Assembly: GCA_045595285.1 (NCBI GenBank)
Contig: JAZOAC010000027.1
Span: 601-64,600 of the forward strand
DNA: 64,000 bases
DNA from: Kiritimatiellia bacterium
Lineage (GTDB): Bacteria; Verrucomicrobiota; Kiritimatiellia; RFP12; UBA1067
Direction of reading: 5' to 3'
Shown here: piece after piece, positions 20,601 through 28,966 of the stretch
How the letters are laid out: every line of letters starts with the position of its first letter
Position numbering within the stretch: position 1 is the first letter of the stretch
Made by a program: the position numbers and the translations under genes
Notes under the pieces: generated by a model
What the model saw: the letters and a program-made list of their open reading frames with translations, nothing else
The model's database searches: none
What the model was told of the DNA's origin: nothing

Positions 20601-21685
20601 TGACAAACTGTTATGCATTCGACCCGATCAGACTTGAGGCGCTTGGACCATACTATCCTATCAATCATGAGAAGATACTTCTTCTCGCGCATTCATATGT
20701 GCTTGAGACGGGAGATAAGATATTTCTCAATGAAATGCTGGATGGCAAAACCGTAATCGAACGACTGGTGGATGCCGCTTTAGTTCATGATGATTTGTCG
20801 AAGCCGGCAGTACTGGTTGATTACGGTAACGGGAATCACCATCTTGAACTGAGGAAAGAATATCGTTACGACGGGATTATTCCCGACATGAACCTTCGTC
20901 GTGTTGTGTGCTTCCGTCTTGCTGATGAGCTTTGCCGGATTGCCAATTATGATCCCAAGGTCGATCTTGTCGCCCGTGCTACCGCGCTCAGAAAACTTGT
21001 ACGAGAGAAACTGTGGGATGCCGATGCCGGATGGTTCGACAACATAGATACGAACAAGGGCTGCAAACGCGACCGTCGTTGGACGATGCAGATGTTCAAA
21101 GCACTTGGCTGGAAGGACTGGGTGTTGGACAGTGATGTGGAGAATGCGCTTGTCAGGCACTTGATGGATGAAAGTGAATTTCTTGGTCCGTACGGACTGC
21201 ATTCGCTCTCGAAAAAGGATCCGGCGTACGATGTGAACGATGTCGACAACGGAGGACCGGGGGCGTGCGTTTCGTTCGCTCCGGCGGTTGTTGACCGCCT
21301 GTACCGTGACGGACGCGTTGCCGAAGCGGAAAAGATATTCAAGCGTCTCTGGTGGCTTGGAGGGTCTTTGCCTTATTGGGGGGACTCGCATTATGCGGAC
21401 AGGATGGATTACCGCAGGGATACACCCTTGCAGAACGACATCCAAGGTGCCGCTCTCGCTCAGACCGTTATTTTCGGGCTCTTTGGAATCGAGCCGAAAG
21501 CAGACGGCACGGTTGATGTGAATCCGCATCTTCCGAATGGTGTCGGCTGCATGAACCTGCGCAACGTCAAGATCGCCGGGCGTACATTTGATGTTCTGGT
21601 GAACCGTTCGCAGGGAGTGAAGGTGATCACAGGCGGGAAGCGCATCTCTTCGGCCCTTGGTGTTATGGCAACACTGCCTCGATAG
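17678..21685 (+). CDS. Very large (1335 aa) secreted multidomain glycoside hydrolase with an N-terminal CBM4/9-like module
   Basis: A signal peptide is followed by ETQLVLNGGFES (characteristic start of CBM4_9-type modules). A central TIM-barrel-like region (ALLAWFLVDEVP) follows. The C-terminal ~500 aa resemble an (alpha/alpha)6 glycosidase (LLHLLLNEWSVPEF..YYATGGMNGG). Confidence 0.55.
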   Translation: MEMKNCFCLAASVFFMLPLLANETQLVLNGGFESSMKGKGWHLPVKWRVADGIGRKESCALVWENDSPETFSFPKQNIPIGPGTRYTFGGWVKVVKGKPKPQVCLGWCDASNKWISCAYATPVADNDASTDGWTRYEGRTQPMPSNAAIGMLHCHMLRGETGQVLFDDFSLMEEGTETIAYLACSAVKNSFTPADGAIRFVASLQVNTVKHPMDGLKAEFVHKNAFGETVRCPVDKFTSDLAEIVRDASEFSMGTQHVAVCISERTTGKVIAEKIRRIVNTERPVPRRVTFDKFGRTILDGRPFFPLGCFTGRLSDDDIVQYKKGPFNFFMPYNTVSEDELDRYHNAGLMVVPCVMHKVHGLRYSVVSAHKTEAESHAWFRKYVSEVGKHPALLAWFLVDEVPLAFVPNVAGVNDLLAEIDPDHPTWAVTDKPNHVRALLPCFDVVGMDPYPIGNRGRSMEVSVCSGWAQKAKEGMFGLRPMWHVPQAFNWGWYRKEDVGREDVRMPTRQEIANMSWQGVAAGANGLCLYSFGIIRKKLQGKEFDAAWGNVCDVAKEVKKMESVLLSADSQIAVENPDKERLVVRTWRHERRDWVLVVNRTREPVKTYLSLPREFASLEISAGEGVSLDGKTLKVDFDGFGYAFVSLTSGEVSSLLRKQRFAERFDSLIAIGAPSNRISAADCGLVNGYVTFNGWIEDVAELRGFFSPPYYSARFNMSVRFNGEKVKASSHLWRPEVLTRTGAAGAWKIESLLYPVAGERAGIMRVEVENASSSEQDLHAEFCVTGGVNILEKWGFVKPYHQKPVEPRLKDGSIILEGEVDDVQLAVALPDGSKTYRLRNVKSGERKVFYVSLAIGRKGEALKCAKRLLSDPSSEIERSVSDWRRRVRGLCERMPALETDCVELEQLYCRSLLHLLLNEWSVPEFKLRPYYATGGMNGGCVCNYLWNYGEIYRLWPMLNPTAAKAHIRAFLCLDLTNCYAFDPIRLEALGPYYPINHEKILLLAHSYVLETGDKIFLNEMLDGKTVIERLVDAALVHDDLSKPAVLVDYGNGNHHLELRKEYRYDGIIPDMNLRRVVCFRLADELCRIANYDPKVDLVARATALRKLVREKLWDADAGWFDNIDTNKGCKRDRRWTMQMFKALGWKDWVLDSDVENALVRHLMDESEFLGPYGLHSLSKKDPAYDVNDVDNGGPGACVSFAPAVVDRLYRDGRVAEAEKIFKRLWWLGGSLPYWGDSHYADRMDYRRDTPLQNDIQGAALAQTVIFGLFGIEPKADGTVDVNPHLPNGVGCMNLRNVKIAGRTFDVLVNRSQGVKVITGGKRISSALGVMATLPR

Positions 21686-21870
21686 TCCTGCGACCTTGTT
21701 TTGCAAGGATCCTCGATTTGTTCGGTGGATGAATTGGGGAGGACCCCTGAAAATAGTTTGATTTAACGGCTTGTATTTGCTGATTTTGGAAATTATCCCT
21801 ATTTCGGCATAGTCCACCCATCGACGACATGATTTCGTGTAATCTCATTTTCACTCAATAGTAATCTGGT

Positions 21871-21950
21871 TGAGAATTAGTCCAAACCATATTCTCATTT
21901 ATTAGCCGTTTCCAGAGAAGTGAGAATCAGTCCGAAGCGTGTTCTCATTT
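21871..21950. repeat. Two copies, 50 bp apart, of a 30-bp motif TGAGAATYAGTCCRAA..RTTCTCATTT with internal inverted arms GAGAAT/ATTCTC
   Basis: The copies are 21871-21900 (tgagaattagtccaaaccatattctcattt) and 21921-21950 (tgagaatcagtccgaagcgtgttctcattt). Further TCTCAT/ATTCTC-containing partial copies occur at ~21843 and ~21968-21990 at roughly the same ~50-bp period. Confidence 0.5.
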
Positions 21951-22187
21951 CTCCGGGATTTAAGCAATCTCATGTTTCGTGCTAAATTCTCACAAATTGT
22001 AGAGGCGGTTGCAGAATCAGGGCATATCCCCCAGCCGAATGCTGTCCGTGAAGCGGATGCCCTGGCAAAGGTACGTGACCCTGCGCCGCCGCGGCGGGCT
22101 GAGGACTGCCCGCCCTATCGAATTTGCAGGGTGTTGCAATTGCCTCGTGTGGATTTTGAAGGGCTGGATTCATGTGGGATGGAGCGG

Positions 22188-22557
22188 ACGCATGAATGCG
22201 CCCGCACAGGACATGGAGGGCTGAGTCGGCAATACGAAAGTAAAATAATCATGACGCATGAATGCGCCCGCACAGGACGTGGAGGGCTGAGTCGGCAATA
22301 CGAAAGTAAAATAATCATGACGCATGAATGCGCCCGCACAGGACATGGAGGGCTGAGTCGGCAACACGAAAGTAAAATAATCATGACGCATGAACGCACC
22401 CGCACAGGATATTGAGGGCTGAGTCGGCAATACGAAAGTAAAATAATCATGGCGCATGAATGCGTACCGCACAGGACATGGAGGGCTGAGTCGGCAACAC
22501 GAAAGTAAAATAATCATGACGCTTGAATGCGCCCGCACGGCGGCGCGCATTCATGCG
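22188..22557. repeat. Tandem array of 5.5 copies of a 66-bp unit (ACGCATGAATGCGCCCGCACAGGACATGGAGGGCTGAGTCGGCAATACGAAAGTAAAATAATCATG)
   Basis: Unit starts are 22188, 22254, 22320, 22386, 22452 (67 bp, +1 insertion) and a partial sixth from 22519. Copies differ at only 1-4 positions and have no unique spacers. The array is non-coding (frames open on both strands only because of the repetition). Confidence 0.9.
22524..22553 (+). terminator. Near-perfect 12/13-bp palindrome closing the tandem array (TGAATGCGCCCGCAC GGC GGCGCGCATTCA)
   Basis: The last, truncated repeat unit is converted into a GC-rich hairpin by a diverged sequence GGCGGCGCGCATTCA. There is no clear T-run, so it is only terminator-like. 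Confidence 0.35.
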
Positions 22558-22695
22558 ATCTGCGCCATTCGGACATCGATACGCCTTCTTCGCCCCTGTC
22601 CACTTGCTTCTGCAATCGACCATGTAAGTGGACAGATGAGCACGGGTCTTGTAGCAGATTGAAATTAGCGGGACATTTCGCTATAATTAGCGCCA

Positions 22696-23769
22696 ATGTT
22701 TTATCTTCCATTCTCTCGTGAAGCCAAAAGGCGCAAGGAGATCAAGGCGACGCTTAGCGCCGCCAGGGTCTTTGTGCTTTCGCATGAAGATCTCCCGGAG
22801 TACCGGGAGGGGCGTTTTGCCGCCCGGTTTGCGGACCTGAATGACGCATGGCGCGGCAAGGACGCCGAACGCTGCGCGGAGATACTGATGGAACTGGACA
22901 AGCCCAAGAGTTTCGCCTTCGCGCGCGAGTGGCTCGACATTCTCGTTGTGTCCATTTCGGTCGCGATGGCGTTCCGCGCCTACTTCTACGAGCCGTTCAA
23001 CATCCCGACCGGATCGATGCGTCCCACGCTGTACGGCAACTGGTCGGAACCCGCGAAGCCCATGGACGCGACTCTCTGGGACCGCACGCCCGTCCTAAAG
23101 CAGCTCAAGTGGCTTGTGTCCGGCGAGACGTTCGTGGATTTCAGGGCGCCATGCTCCGGCACTCTCATCGTCCGTCCCGACAATAACGGCCATTACATCG
23201 TCGGCGTCGCGGCGGCGCCAGGCAAGGTGGAGAAGATTCCCACGGATGCCTTCATCGAGGGCACCGGTCGTCTCATAAACGGAAAGGGGCATGGCGACCA
23301 TGTCACGGCGGGCGAACGCATATGGTGCGGCTACAGGCGCATCGGAGATTTCCTCTTCGTGAACCGCTGGCTCTGGAATTTCCGCCATCCCCGCAACGGC
23401 GACGTGATGATATTCTCGACGACCGGCATCAAGGGTCTTGCGCAGGGTACGCACTACATAAAGCGAATGTGCGGCACGCCGGGCGACATGGTGCAGATAG
23501 TCAAGCCGGATCTCATCATCAACGGAAGGAAGATGAAGGGGATCCGCCCCGACAACTGTCCGCCGTTCGATCCGGGCCCGGACGCGAACACGACCGATTC
23601 CTCGCCGGTGATCACACTCGGCAAGGATGAGTATTTCTCGTGTGGCGACAACAGTCCCGCCAGCTACGACAGCCGGTACTGGGGCGTTGTCCCGGCGCGC
23701 AACCTGCGGGGAATCGCAGGAGGCGTGTTCTGGCCGTTTGCAAGTTCACATTTCGGTCCGATAAGATAA
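22696..23769 (+). CDS. lepB: Signal peptidase I (long form)
   Basis: Box B IPTGSMRPTL (catalytic Ser) and Box E CGDNSPASYDSRYWGVVPARNLRG are present. There is an N-terminal cytoplasmic extension and a TM segment. Confidence 0.85.
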   Translation: MFYLPFSREAKRRKEIKATLSAARVFVLSHEDLPEYREGRFAARFADLNDAWRGKDAERCAEILMELDKPKSFAFAREWLDILVVSISVAMAFRAYFYEPFNIPTGSMRPTLYGNWSEPAKPMDATLWDRTPVLKQLKWLVSGETFVDFRAPCSGTLIVRPDNNGHYIVGVAAAPGKVEKIPTDAFIEGTGRLINGKGHGDHVTAGERIWCGYRRIGDFLFVNRWLWNFRHPRNGDVMIFSTTGIKGLAQGTHYIKRMCGTPGDMVQIVKPDLIINGRKMKGIRPDNCPPFDPGPDANTTDSSPVITLGKDEYFSCGDNSPASYDSRYWGVVPARNLRGIAGGVFWPFASSHFGPIR

Positions 23770-23814
23770 TCGCGGTCCGGCAAGATATCAGGGAACCCTA
23801 CAGGGAGAATAGCG

Positions 23815-26640
23815 ATGAGCGACAACGAAGAGACGATTTTGAATCCACCGTGCGAATTCGGCCGCTTCATAGTGGAGCGTGAGCTGGGCCATGGCGGCAT
23901 GGGCGGCGTTTTCCTTGCCCGTGACAAGATGCTTGACCGGCAGGTGGCGCTCAAGGTGATGCTGAAGTCGCTGGGCGAGGATCCGCAGTTCCTTGAACGC
24001 TTCAAGCGTGAGGCGCAGGCGGCGGCACGGCTCATCCATCCCGCTATCGCGCAGATATACTCCTATGACATTGTGGACGGGCAGCCCTACATCGCCATGG
24101 AGATGGCGGGCGGCGGTTCTCTGCTGCGTCTCATGGAGGTGCACGGCAAGAACATCGATCCCACGCGCGTCATGCGCATCTGCAAGCAGGTCGCGGAAGG
24201 ACTTTCCTGCGCTGCGGACCAGGGTCTTGTACATGGCGACATCAAGCCCGAGAACATTCTCTTCGACGCCACCGGCGCCGCCAAGATAGTGGATTTCGGT
24301 CTGGCCGGAATGCAGGACGACAATTCCGGCGACGAGATATGGGGCACGCCCTACTACATCGCCCCCGAGAAGGTGCGCAAGGGCGTAACCGATTTCCGCG
24401 TCGACATGTATTCCCTCGGCGCGACAATCTACCACGCGCTCGTCGGTGCCGCTCCGTTTGAGGGGACGGACCCCAATGAGGTGGTGAAGGCAAGGTTCCT
24501 TGCCGACGCAAAGCCGCCGAGCGAGGTCCGTCCGGGCCTGCCTAAGGCGCTGGACAGCGTGATTCTCAAGATGATGGCCCGCGAGGTCATCGACCGCTAT
24601 CCCACCTGGGAGGCGTGCATTGGCGACATCAACAAGGTGCTTGCCGCAGGAATCGTGATTGACGAAAGTGCCGCCGCAAAGGCTGAACTGGGTTCGAATG
24701 CCGAAGGCACCGTCGAGGAAGCTGCGTCCTCCGACGCAACTTCTGCCGCTTCTCCCAAGAAGGGTGGCCGCCGTCTTGTCATGAAGGGTCGTCGCAGGAT
24801 GGTGATGAAGAAGCGTCCAGGTTCCGCGGCGGAGACTGTGGAGCAGGAGGGACAGACCGGACTTGCCGATGTCGAGAATGTTGATGCGGCAGAGGATGCC
24901 GGCAATCAGGAGGCAGAGGAGACCGGAGACGCTGGGACCCCCGCATCCGAGGGCAAGAAGCAGATGACCATCGGCAAGATGATCATGCTTGGAGCTGTCG
25001 CGATCGTAGCGATCCTTGCCGTTGCCGCCGGCGGAATCGTCTGGTACGTTTCGTCTTCGCGCGCCGCGGAGGCACAGAAGCGCATGGAGCTTCTCAACGC
25101 AAAGGCCGCCGAAGCCAGGGAAGCCATCCAGACAACCCTGAGGAGCTCACGTGATTTTGCGGATGAGGTCGCCGGACTTCGCGCGAAATCGGAGAAGCAG
25201 GTCAAGGATGCGTCCGACAAGTTCCTGGCCATGCTCGATCCTGAAGTCCGAGAAGTGTGCCGTCCGGTGATAATCCCGCCGGAGACGAAGGACTATACGG
25301 ACGCAGTGGCCTATTCGAACAAGGTTGTCGAAAAGATGGCCGAGGTTGCCGCCGCGCTCGAGAAGGCCGCCGCGCCCGCACAGCCGGAGGTGACCGCCGC
25401 CGCTGACACCAATGCGCCAGCCGCAACGCCGGCTCCGGCGGCAACCAATGCGCCTGCGGCAACGCCTGCCCCTGTTGCGACGAACGCACCGACGGCAAAG
25501 GCTGCCGCGCCCGCCAAGGCGAAACCTGCGAAAGCGGCCCCTGCAAAGGCGGAGGCCCCTGCGGAGGAGCCGAAGGTCGAGGAGAAAAAGGTGGAGTATC
25601 CGCCTCAGCTCAAGGCGTTCCAGCAGCTCTGGACCGATCTCTGGACCATTCGCGCCGCCGAAATCCGAGTGAATGCATGCATGGCGCTCATCGTGTTCAA
25701 GGCATCTCTCAGCGAAAAGATAAAGGTGACGGATGTCGCGTCAGCCGAGAAACTCGCCAGGGCCACCTCTGACCTTGTCGAGGAGTTCGAGGCGATGAAG
25801 GCCCAGAAGGTCATAGAACAGGCCTTGAGGAAGGCCGGAGCCATCAGGCAGAAGACCCCGGATCTGCTCGCAATCACGAAGCAGCAGATCGATCGCGCCC
25901 GTGCCCGCGCCGCCAAGCTTGCCGCCGAGAAGGCCGCCGCCGAGGCTGCCGAGGCCGCCAGACAGAAGGCCGAGGAGGAGTATAAGGCGAAGGTCGAGGC
26001 CGAGACGCTCAAGGCGCAGGAGAAGTATGAGGCTCTTGCGGACCGTGAGCTCAAGCGTCTCGACTGGGATTACGCCATGCGCCAGATGGGCGACCTGACG
26101 AACGGGTTCGAGAAGCTGACGCGTGAGGGGACCCAGGCCGTCATGGATCAGATCCACAAGATAAGGTGCATGCAGATGCTGCAGCAGCACTTCATCAAGA
26201 AGGGCAGGGGATTCACCTTCACGATGGGCAGATTCCCGCGCGGAACGAAGATTGCGGCGACGTCGGCCGACCAGATAACGCTTCAGCGTCCCACGCCCAA
26301 GAAGCGTTCTCTGAAGGACCGTCCTGTAACGCCTCCGCCAGACAAGATGAACTGGAGAAAGTTCTACTTCGAGCAGGCGGGCATGCTCAATAACCTGATC
26401 ATTGGCCTTGTCCAGGACCGTTCCGCCGCCCGTGTGGGATTGAAGGAGTGGTCGAACCTCATGTTCGGCTCCGCCTTGACGATGAGCACCCTCTTCCCGG
26501 ATGAGCCGACAGTCCCCGCCCGTGTGGAAGAACTGGTCAACAAGGCTGTCGAGGAATTCGACAACTGCCAGAAGCTTGCGGAACGGCTTTTCCCCAAGGT
26601 CTTCAACAAGGAAGAGACCGCAACGACATCAAACGACTAA
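23815..26640 (+). CDS. Hanks-type Ser/Thr protein kinase with single TM helix and a large Ala/Pro/Lys-rich coiled-coil extracytoplasmic region
   Basis: Kinase subdomains are present: GHGGMGGVFLA (G-loop), VALKVM (Lys), HGDIKPENIL (catalytic loop), DFGLA and APE. A TM segment (IMLGAVAIVAILAVAAGGIVWYV) lies at ~aa 385-408. It is followed by low-complexity TNAPAATPAP repeats and a long KAEAxxK-rich coiled coil. Confidence 0.85.
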   Translation: MSDNEETILNPPCEFGRFIVERELGHGGMGGVFLARDKMLDRQVALKVMLKSLGEDPQFLERFKREAQAAARLIHPAIAQIYSYDIVDGQPYIAMEMAGGGSLLRLMEVHGKNIDPTRVMRICKQVAEGLSCAADQGLVHGDIKPENILFDATGAAKIVDFGLAGMQDDNSGDEIWGTPYYIAPEKVRKGVTDFRVDMYSLGATIYHALVGAAPFEGTDPNEVVKARFLADAKPPSEVRPGLPKALDSVILKMMAREVIDRYPTWEACIGDINKVLAAGIVIDESAAAKAELGSNAEGTVEEAASSDATSAASPKKGGRRLVMKGRRRMVMKKRPGSAAETVEQEGQTGLADVENVDAAEDAGNQEAEETGDAGTPASEGKKQMTIGKMIMLGAVAIVAILAVAAGGIVWYVSSSRAAEAQKRMELLNAKAAEAREAIQTTLRSSRDFADEVAGLRAKSEKQVKDASDKFLAMLDPEVREVCRPVIIPPETKDYTDAVAYSNKVVEKMAEVAAALEKAAAPAQPEVTAAADTNAPAATPAPAATNAPAATPAPVATNAPTAKAAAPAKAKPAKAAPAKAEAPAEEPKVEEKKVEYPPQLKAFQQLWTDLWTIRAAEIRVNACMALIVFKASLSEKIKVTDVASAEKLARATSDLVEEFEAMKAQKVIEQALRKAGAIRQKTPDLLAITKQQIDRARARAAKLAAEKAAAEAAEAARQKAEEEYKAKVEAETLKAQEKYEALADRELKRLDWDYAMRQMGDLTNGFEKLTREGTQAVMDQIHKIRCMQMLQQHFIKKGRGFTFTMGRFPRGTKIAATSADQITLQRPTPKKRSLKDRPVTPPPDKMNWRKFYFEQAGMLNNLIIGLVQDRSAARVGLKEWSNLMFGSALTMSTLFPDEPTVPARVEELVNKAVEEFDNCQKLAERLFPKVFNKEETATTSND
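25408..25500 (+). repeat. In-frame 36-bp coding tandem repeat (x2.5) inside the kinase gene, encoding TNAPAATPAPAA
   Basis: accaatgcgccagccgcaacgccggctccggcggca / accaatgcgcctgcggcaacgcctgcccctgttgcg / acgaacgcaccgacggca... Confidence 0.6.
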
Positions 26641-26658
26641 CCGAAAGGAACATAAGCA

Positions 26659-28119
26659 ATGGACGACAAGGTAAAAAGATACGCCCGCTATCTGCTCATC
26701 ATGGCAGGTCTTGGCGGTCTCATATACGGAATTGACGTGGGAGTCTGCGCAGCCGCGTACCCCTACATCGAAAAGACATCCGACTTCACAAAAGCTCAGC
26801 TCGGACTCATCGTCGGCGCGGTGCTTTGGGGCTCGGTCGCTTCCTCTCTCTTCGCAGGCACTCTCTCCGAGTGGTTCGGGCGCAAGATCATCATAGTCGT
26901 CTCTGCGCTGTTCTTCACGCTCTCGATCCCCGTCATCTGCGCTTCCGGTCTCTTTGAGGGCGGGAACTTCATACTCATGACGATCGGACGCGGACTTCAG
27001 GGCGCATCCGCCGGTCTTGTTGGCGTCGTCGTTCCGATGTACCTTGCGGAATGTCTCGATTCCGACAGCCGCGGCAAGGGAACGGGCATGTTCCAGCTGC
27101 TTCTGACAATCGGTCTCGTGTTTGCCGCCGTGATTGGCCTTGTCGTGACCTCTGTCGTCGGCGCCGCTGACGACATGACGATCAAGGCCGCCTCCAAGAC
27201 GACCGCATGGCAGACGATCTTCTGGTGCTCGGCCGTTCCGGGCCTGATCCTTTTCTTCGGCGCGTTCAAGCTCAAGGAATCTCCGCGCTGGCTCTACAAG
27301 AAAGGCCGCAAGGATGAGGCTCTCGCCTCCCTCGCCGCGAACAACGGCGAAGAGAAGGCCAAGGAGATCCTCGCCGAAATGATCGCCGCTGACGAGGCGG
27401 ACGCGAAGGCGAAGGCGGAAATCGCGGCGAACGCCAAGAACGACACGCTCTTCCAGAAGAAGTACATCTATCCGTTCTGCCTTGCCGTTGTGATTCTCGC
27501 CTGCAACCAGACGACCGGCATCAACTCCGTTCTCAACTACTCCGTTGACATCTTCCAGAAGACCGGTCTTCAGGGTGCGTTCGCGAACTGGTCCGATCTT
27601 GCCATCAAGCTCGTTAACATGATTATGACGATCGTCGCATGTACGCTCGTCGACAAGAAGGGGCGCAAGTTCCTCCTCAAGATGGGCACGAGCGGAATCA
27701 TCATCGGTCTCAGTGGCGTCGGCGCGACGTTCCTCGCCATCTCCAACGGATGGCTTCAGGCTTCGCCCGTTACCGGCATCATCGCAACGCTCTTCTTCTT
27801 CATGTTCATCGCGTTTTACGGGGTCGGACCGGGCGTGTGCGTTTGGCTCGCGCTTTCCGAGCTCATGCCCACGCGCATCCGCGCAACCGGCATGTCCATT
27901 GCGATGATTATCAACCAGGGCGTCTCTGCGCTCATCGCCACGGTGTTCCCCACGTGGGTCGCCGCAACGAGCTTCCAGAGCGTGTTTTTCTGCCTTGCGG
28001 GCTTCACGGTGATCTACTTCATCGCGGCGGCGTTCTTCCTTCCTGAGACGAAGGGACGCACTCTCGAGGAGATCGAGAAGTACTTCACGACGGGCAGGAT
28101 GCCTGAGAAGAAGCAGTGA
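26659..28119 (+). CDS. MFS transporter, sugar porter (SP) family
   Basis: Motifs GRKIIIVVSALFF and PESPRWL are present, and the protein ends LPETKGRTLEEIE. There are 12 TM segments with a large cytoplasmic loop. The stop overlaps the start of the next gene. Confidence 0.85.
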   Translation: MDDKVKRYARYLLIMAGLGGLIYGIDVGVCAAAYPYIEKTSDFTKAQLGLIVGAVLWGSVASSLFAGTLSEWFGRKIIIVVSALFFTLSIPVICASGLFEGGNFILMTIGRGLQGASAGLVGVVVPMYLAECLDSDSRGKGTGMFQLLLTIGLVFAAVIGLVVTSVVGAADDMTIKAASKTTAWQTIFWCSAVPGLILFFGAFKLKESPRWLYKKGRKDEALASLAANNGEEKAKEILAEMIAADEADAKAKAEIAANAKNDTLFQKKYIYPFCLAVVILACNQTTGINSVLNYSVDIFQKTGLQGAFANWSDLAIKLVNMIMTIVACTLVDKKGRKFLLKMGTSGIIIGLSGVGATFLAISNGWLQASPVTGIIATLFFFMFIAFYGVGPGVCVWLALSELMPTRIRATGMSIAMIINQGVSALIATVFPTWVAATSFQSVFFCLAGFTVIYFIAAAFFLPETKGRTLEEIEKYFTTGRMPEKKQ

Positions 28120-28952
28120 TGAAGATCAGGTTTCTCGGAACCGGAACAAGCGTCGGGGTGCCGCAGATTGGCTGCAGGTGCCCCGTATGCACATCATCCG
28201 ATCCAAGAGACCGCCGCCGCCGTACAGGCATCCATGTCAGCACGGAAAAGTCGGCGTTCCTCGTCGATACGCCCGTCGAACTGCGCGAGGCCTGCATCGA
28301 GTACGGAATCACGAAGGTGGACGCGGTGGTGTTCACCCATGCCCACATGGACCACGTGGCGGCATTCGACGATGTGCGCAGGTTCAACACCCTGAACGGA
28401 GAGAAGGTGCCGTGCGAGCCGGACGAGCCGGGCGCGAACGGCCGCACATTCCGGATCATAGGCAGGCCAATGAACTGCTATGCGTCGCCAGAGACCATCG
28501 AGTCGATGCGACACATCTTCCCGTACATCACCGGAAAGGCGAATCCGCACGGGCTGTTCCGTCCGATGATCGAGTTCGTTCCGGTCATCGCGCCGTTTTC
28601 CATCGGCGATGTGAGGCTCACTCCGTTCGAGGTGCCGCATGGACCCAAGACCTACGGCTACATGATCGAATGCGAGGGAGTCAGGGTCGGATACGCGAGC
28701 GACTGCAGCGGGCTGTCAGATTCGGCCATAGAACTTCTTTCCGGCGTGGATCTGATGGTGCTGGACTGTCTCCGCAAGCGCGAGCACCCCACGCATCTTT
28801 CTCTGGACCGTTCGCTGGACTACATCCGGCGAATCGGTGCGAAGCGCGGATTGCTCGTGCACATGTGCCATGACATCTCCCACGCGGATTATCTGAAGGA
28901 ACTCCCCGGAAACGTCCAGCCGGCCTATGACGGCCTTGAGGTTGTGCTTTGA
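28116..28952 (+). CDS. MBL-fold metallo-hydrolase, PhnP-like phosphodiesterase family
   Basis: The N-terminus is FLGTGTSVGVPQIGCRCPVCTS (Cys-rich Zn site as in PhnP). The FTHAHMDH motif is present. Start is GTG/ATG at 28116/28119 and overlaps the upstream stop. Confidence 0.7.
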   Translation: MMKIRFLGTGTSVGVPQIGCRCPVCTSSDPRDRRRRTGIHVSTEKSAFLVDTPVELREACIEYGITKVDAVVFTHAHMDHVAAFDDVRRFNTLNGEKVPCEPDEPGANGRTFRIIGRPMNCYASPETIESMRHIFPYITGKANPHGLFRPMIEFVPVIAPFSIGDVRLTPFEVPHGPKTYGYMIECEGVRVGYASDCSGLSDSAIELLSGVDLMVLDCLRKREHPTHLSLDRSLDYIRRIGAKRGLLVHMCHDISHADYLKELPGNVQPAYDGLEVVL

Positions 28953-28966
28953 GAAAGGTTTTTAAA

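Noticed and set aside
20780-21817. 345-aa minus-strand ORF at the 3' end of the giant GH gene
   Set aside because: It is antisense to a coherent 1335-aa + strand ORF with a signal peptide and CBM motif, and no motif was recognised in the minus frame.
21939-22415. 158-aa + strand ORF (MTHECARTGHGGLSRQYESKII repeated) and overlapping minus-strand ORFs 22115-22550
   Set aside because: The open frames exist on both strands only because the 66-bp unit (a multiple of 3) is tandemly repeated. There is no RBS, and the repeats are nucleotide-identical rather than protein-level conserved. Treated as non-coding repeat DNA.
22188-22557. Possible CRISPR array
   Set aside because: Adjacent units are contiguous and near-identical with no unique spacers, and the unit length (66 bp) is atypical for a CRISPR repeat. 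No cas genes are in the window.
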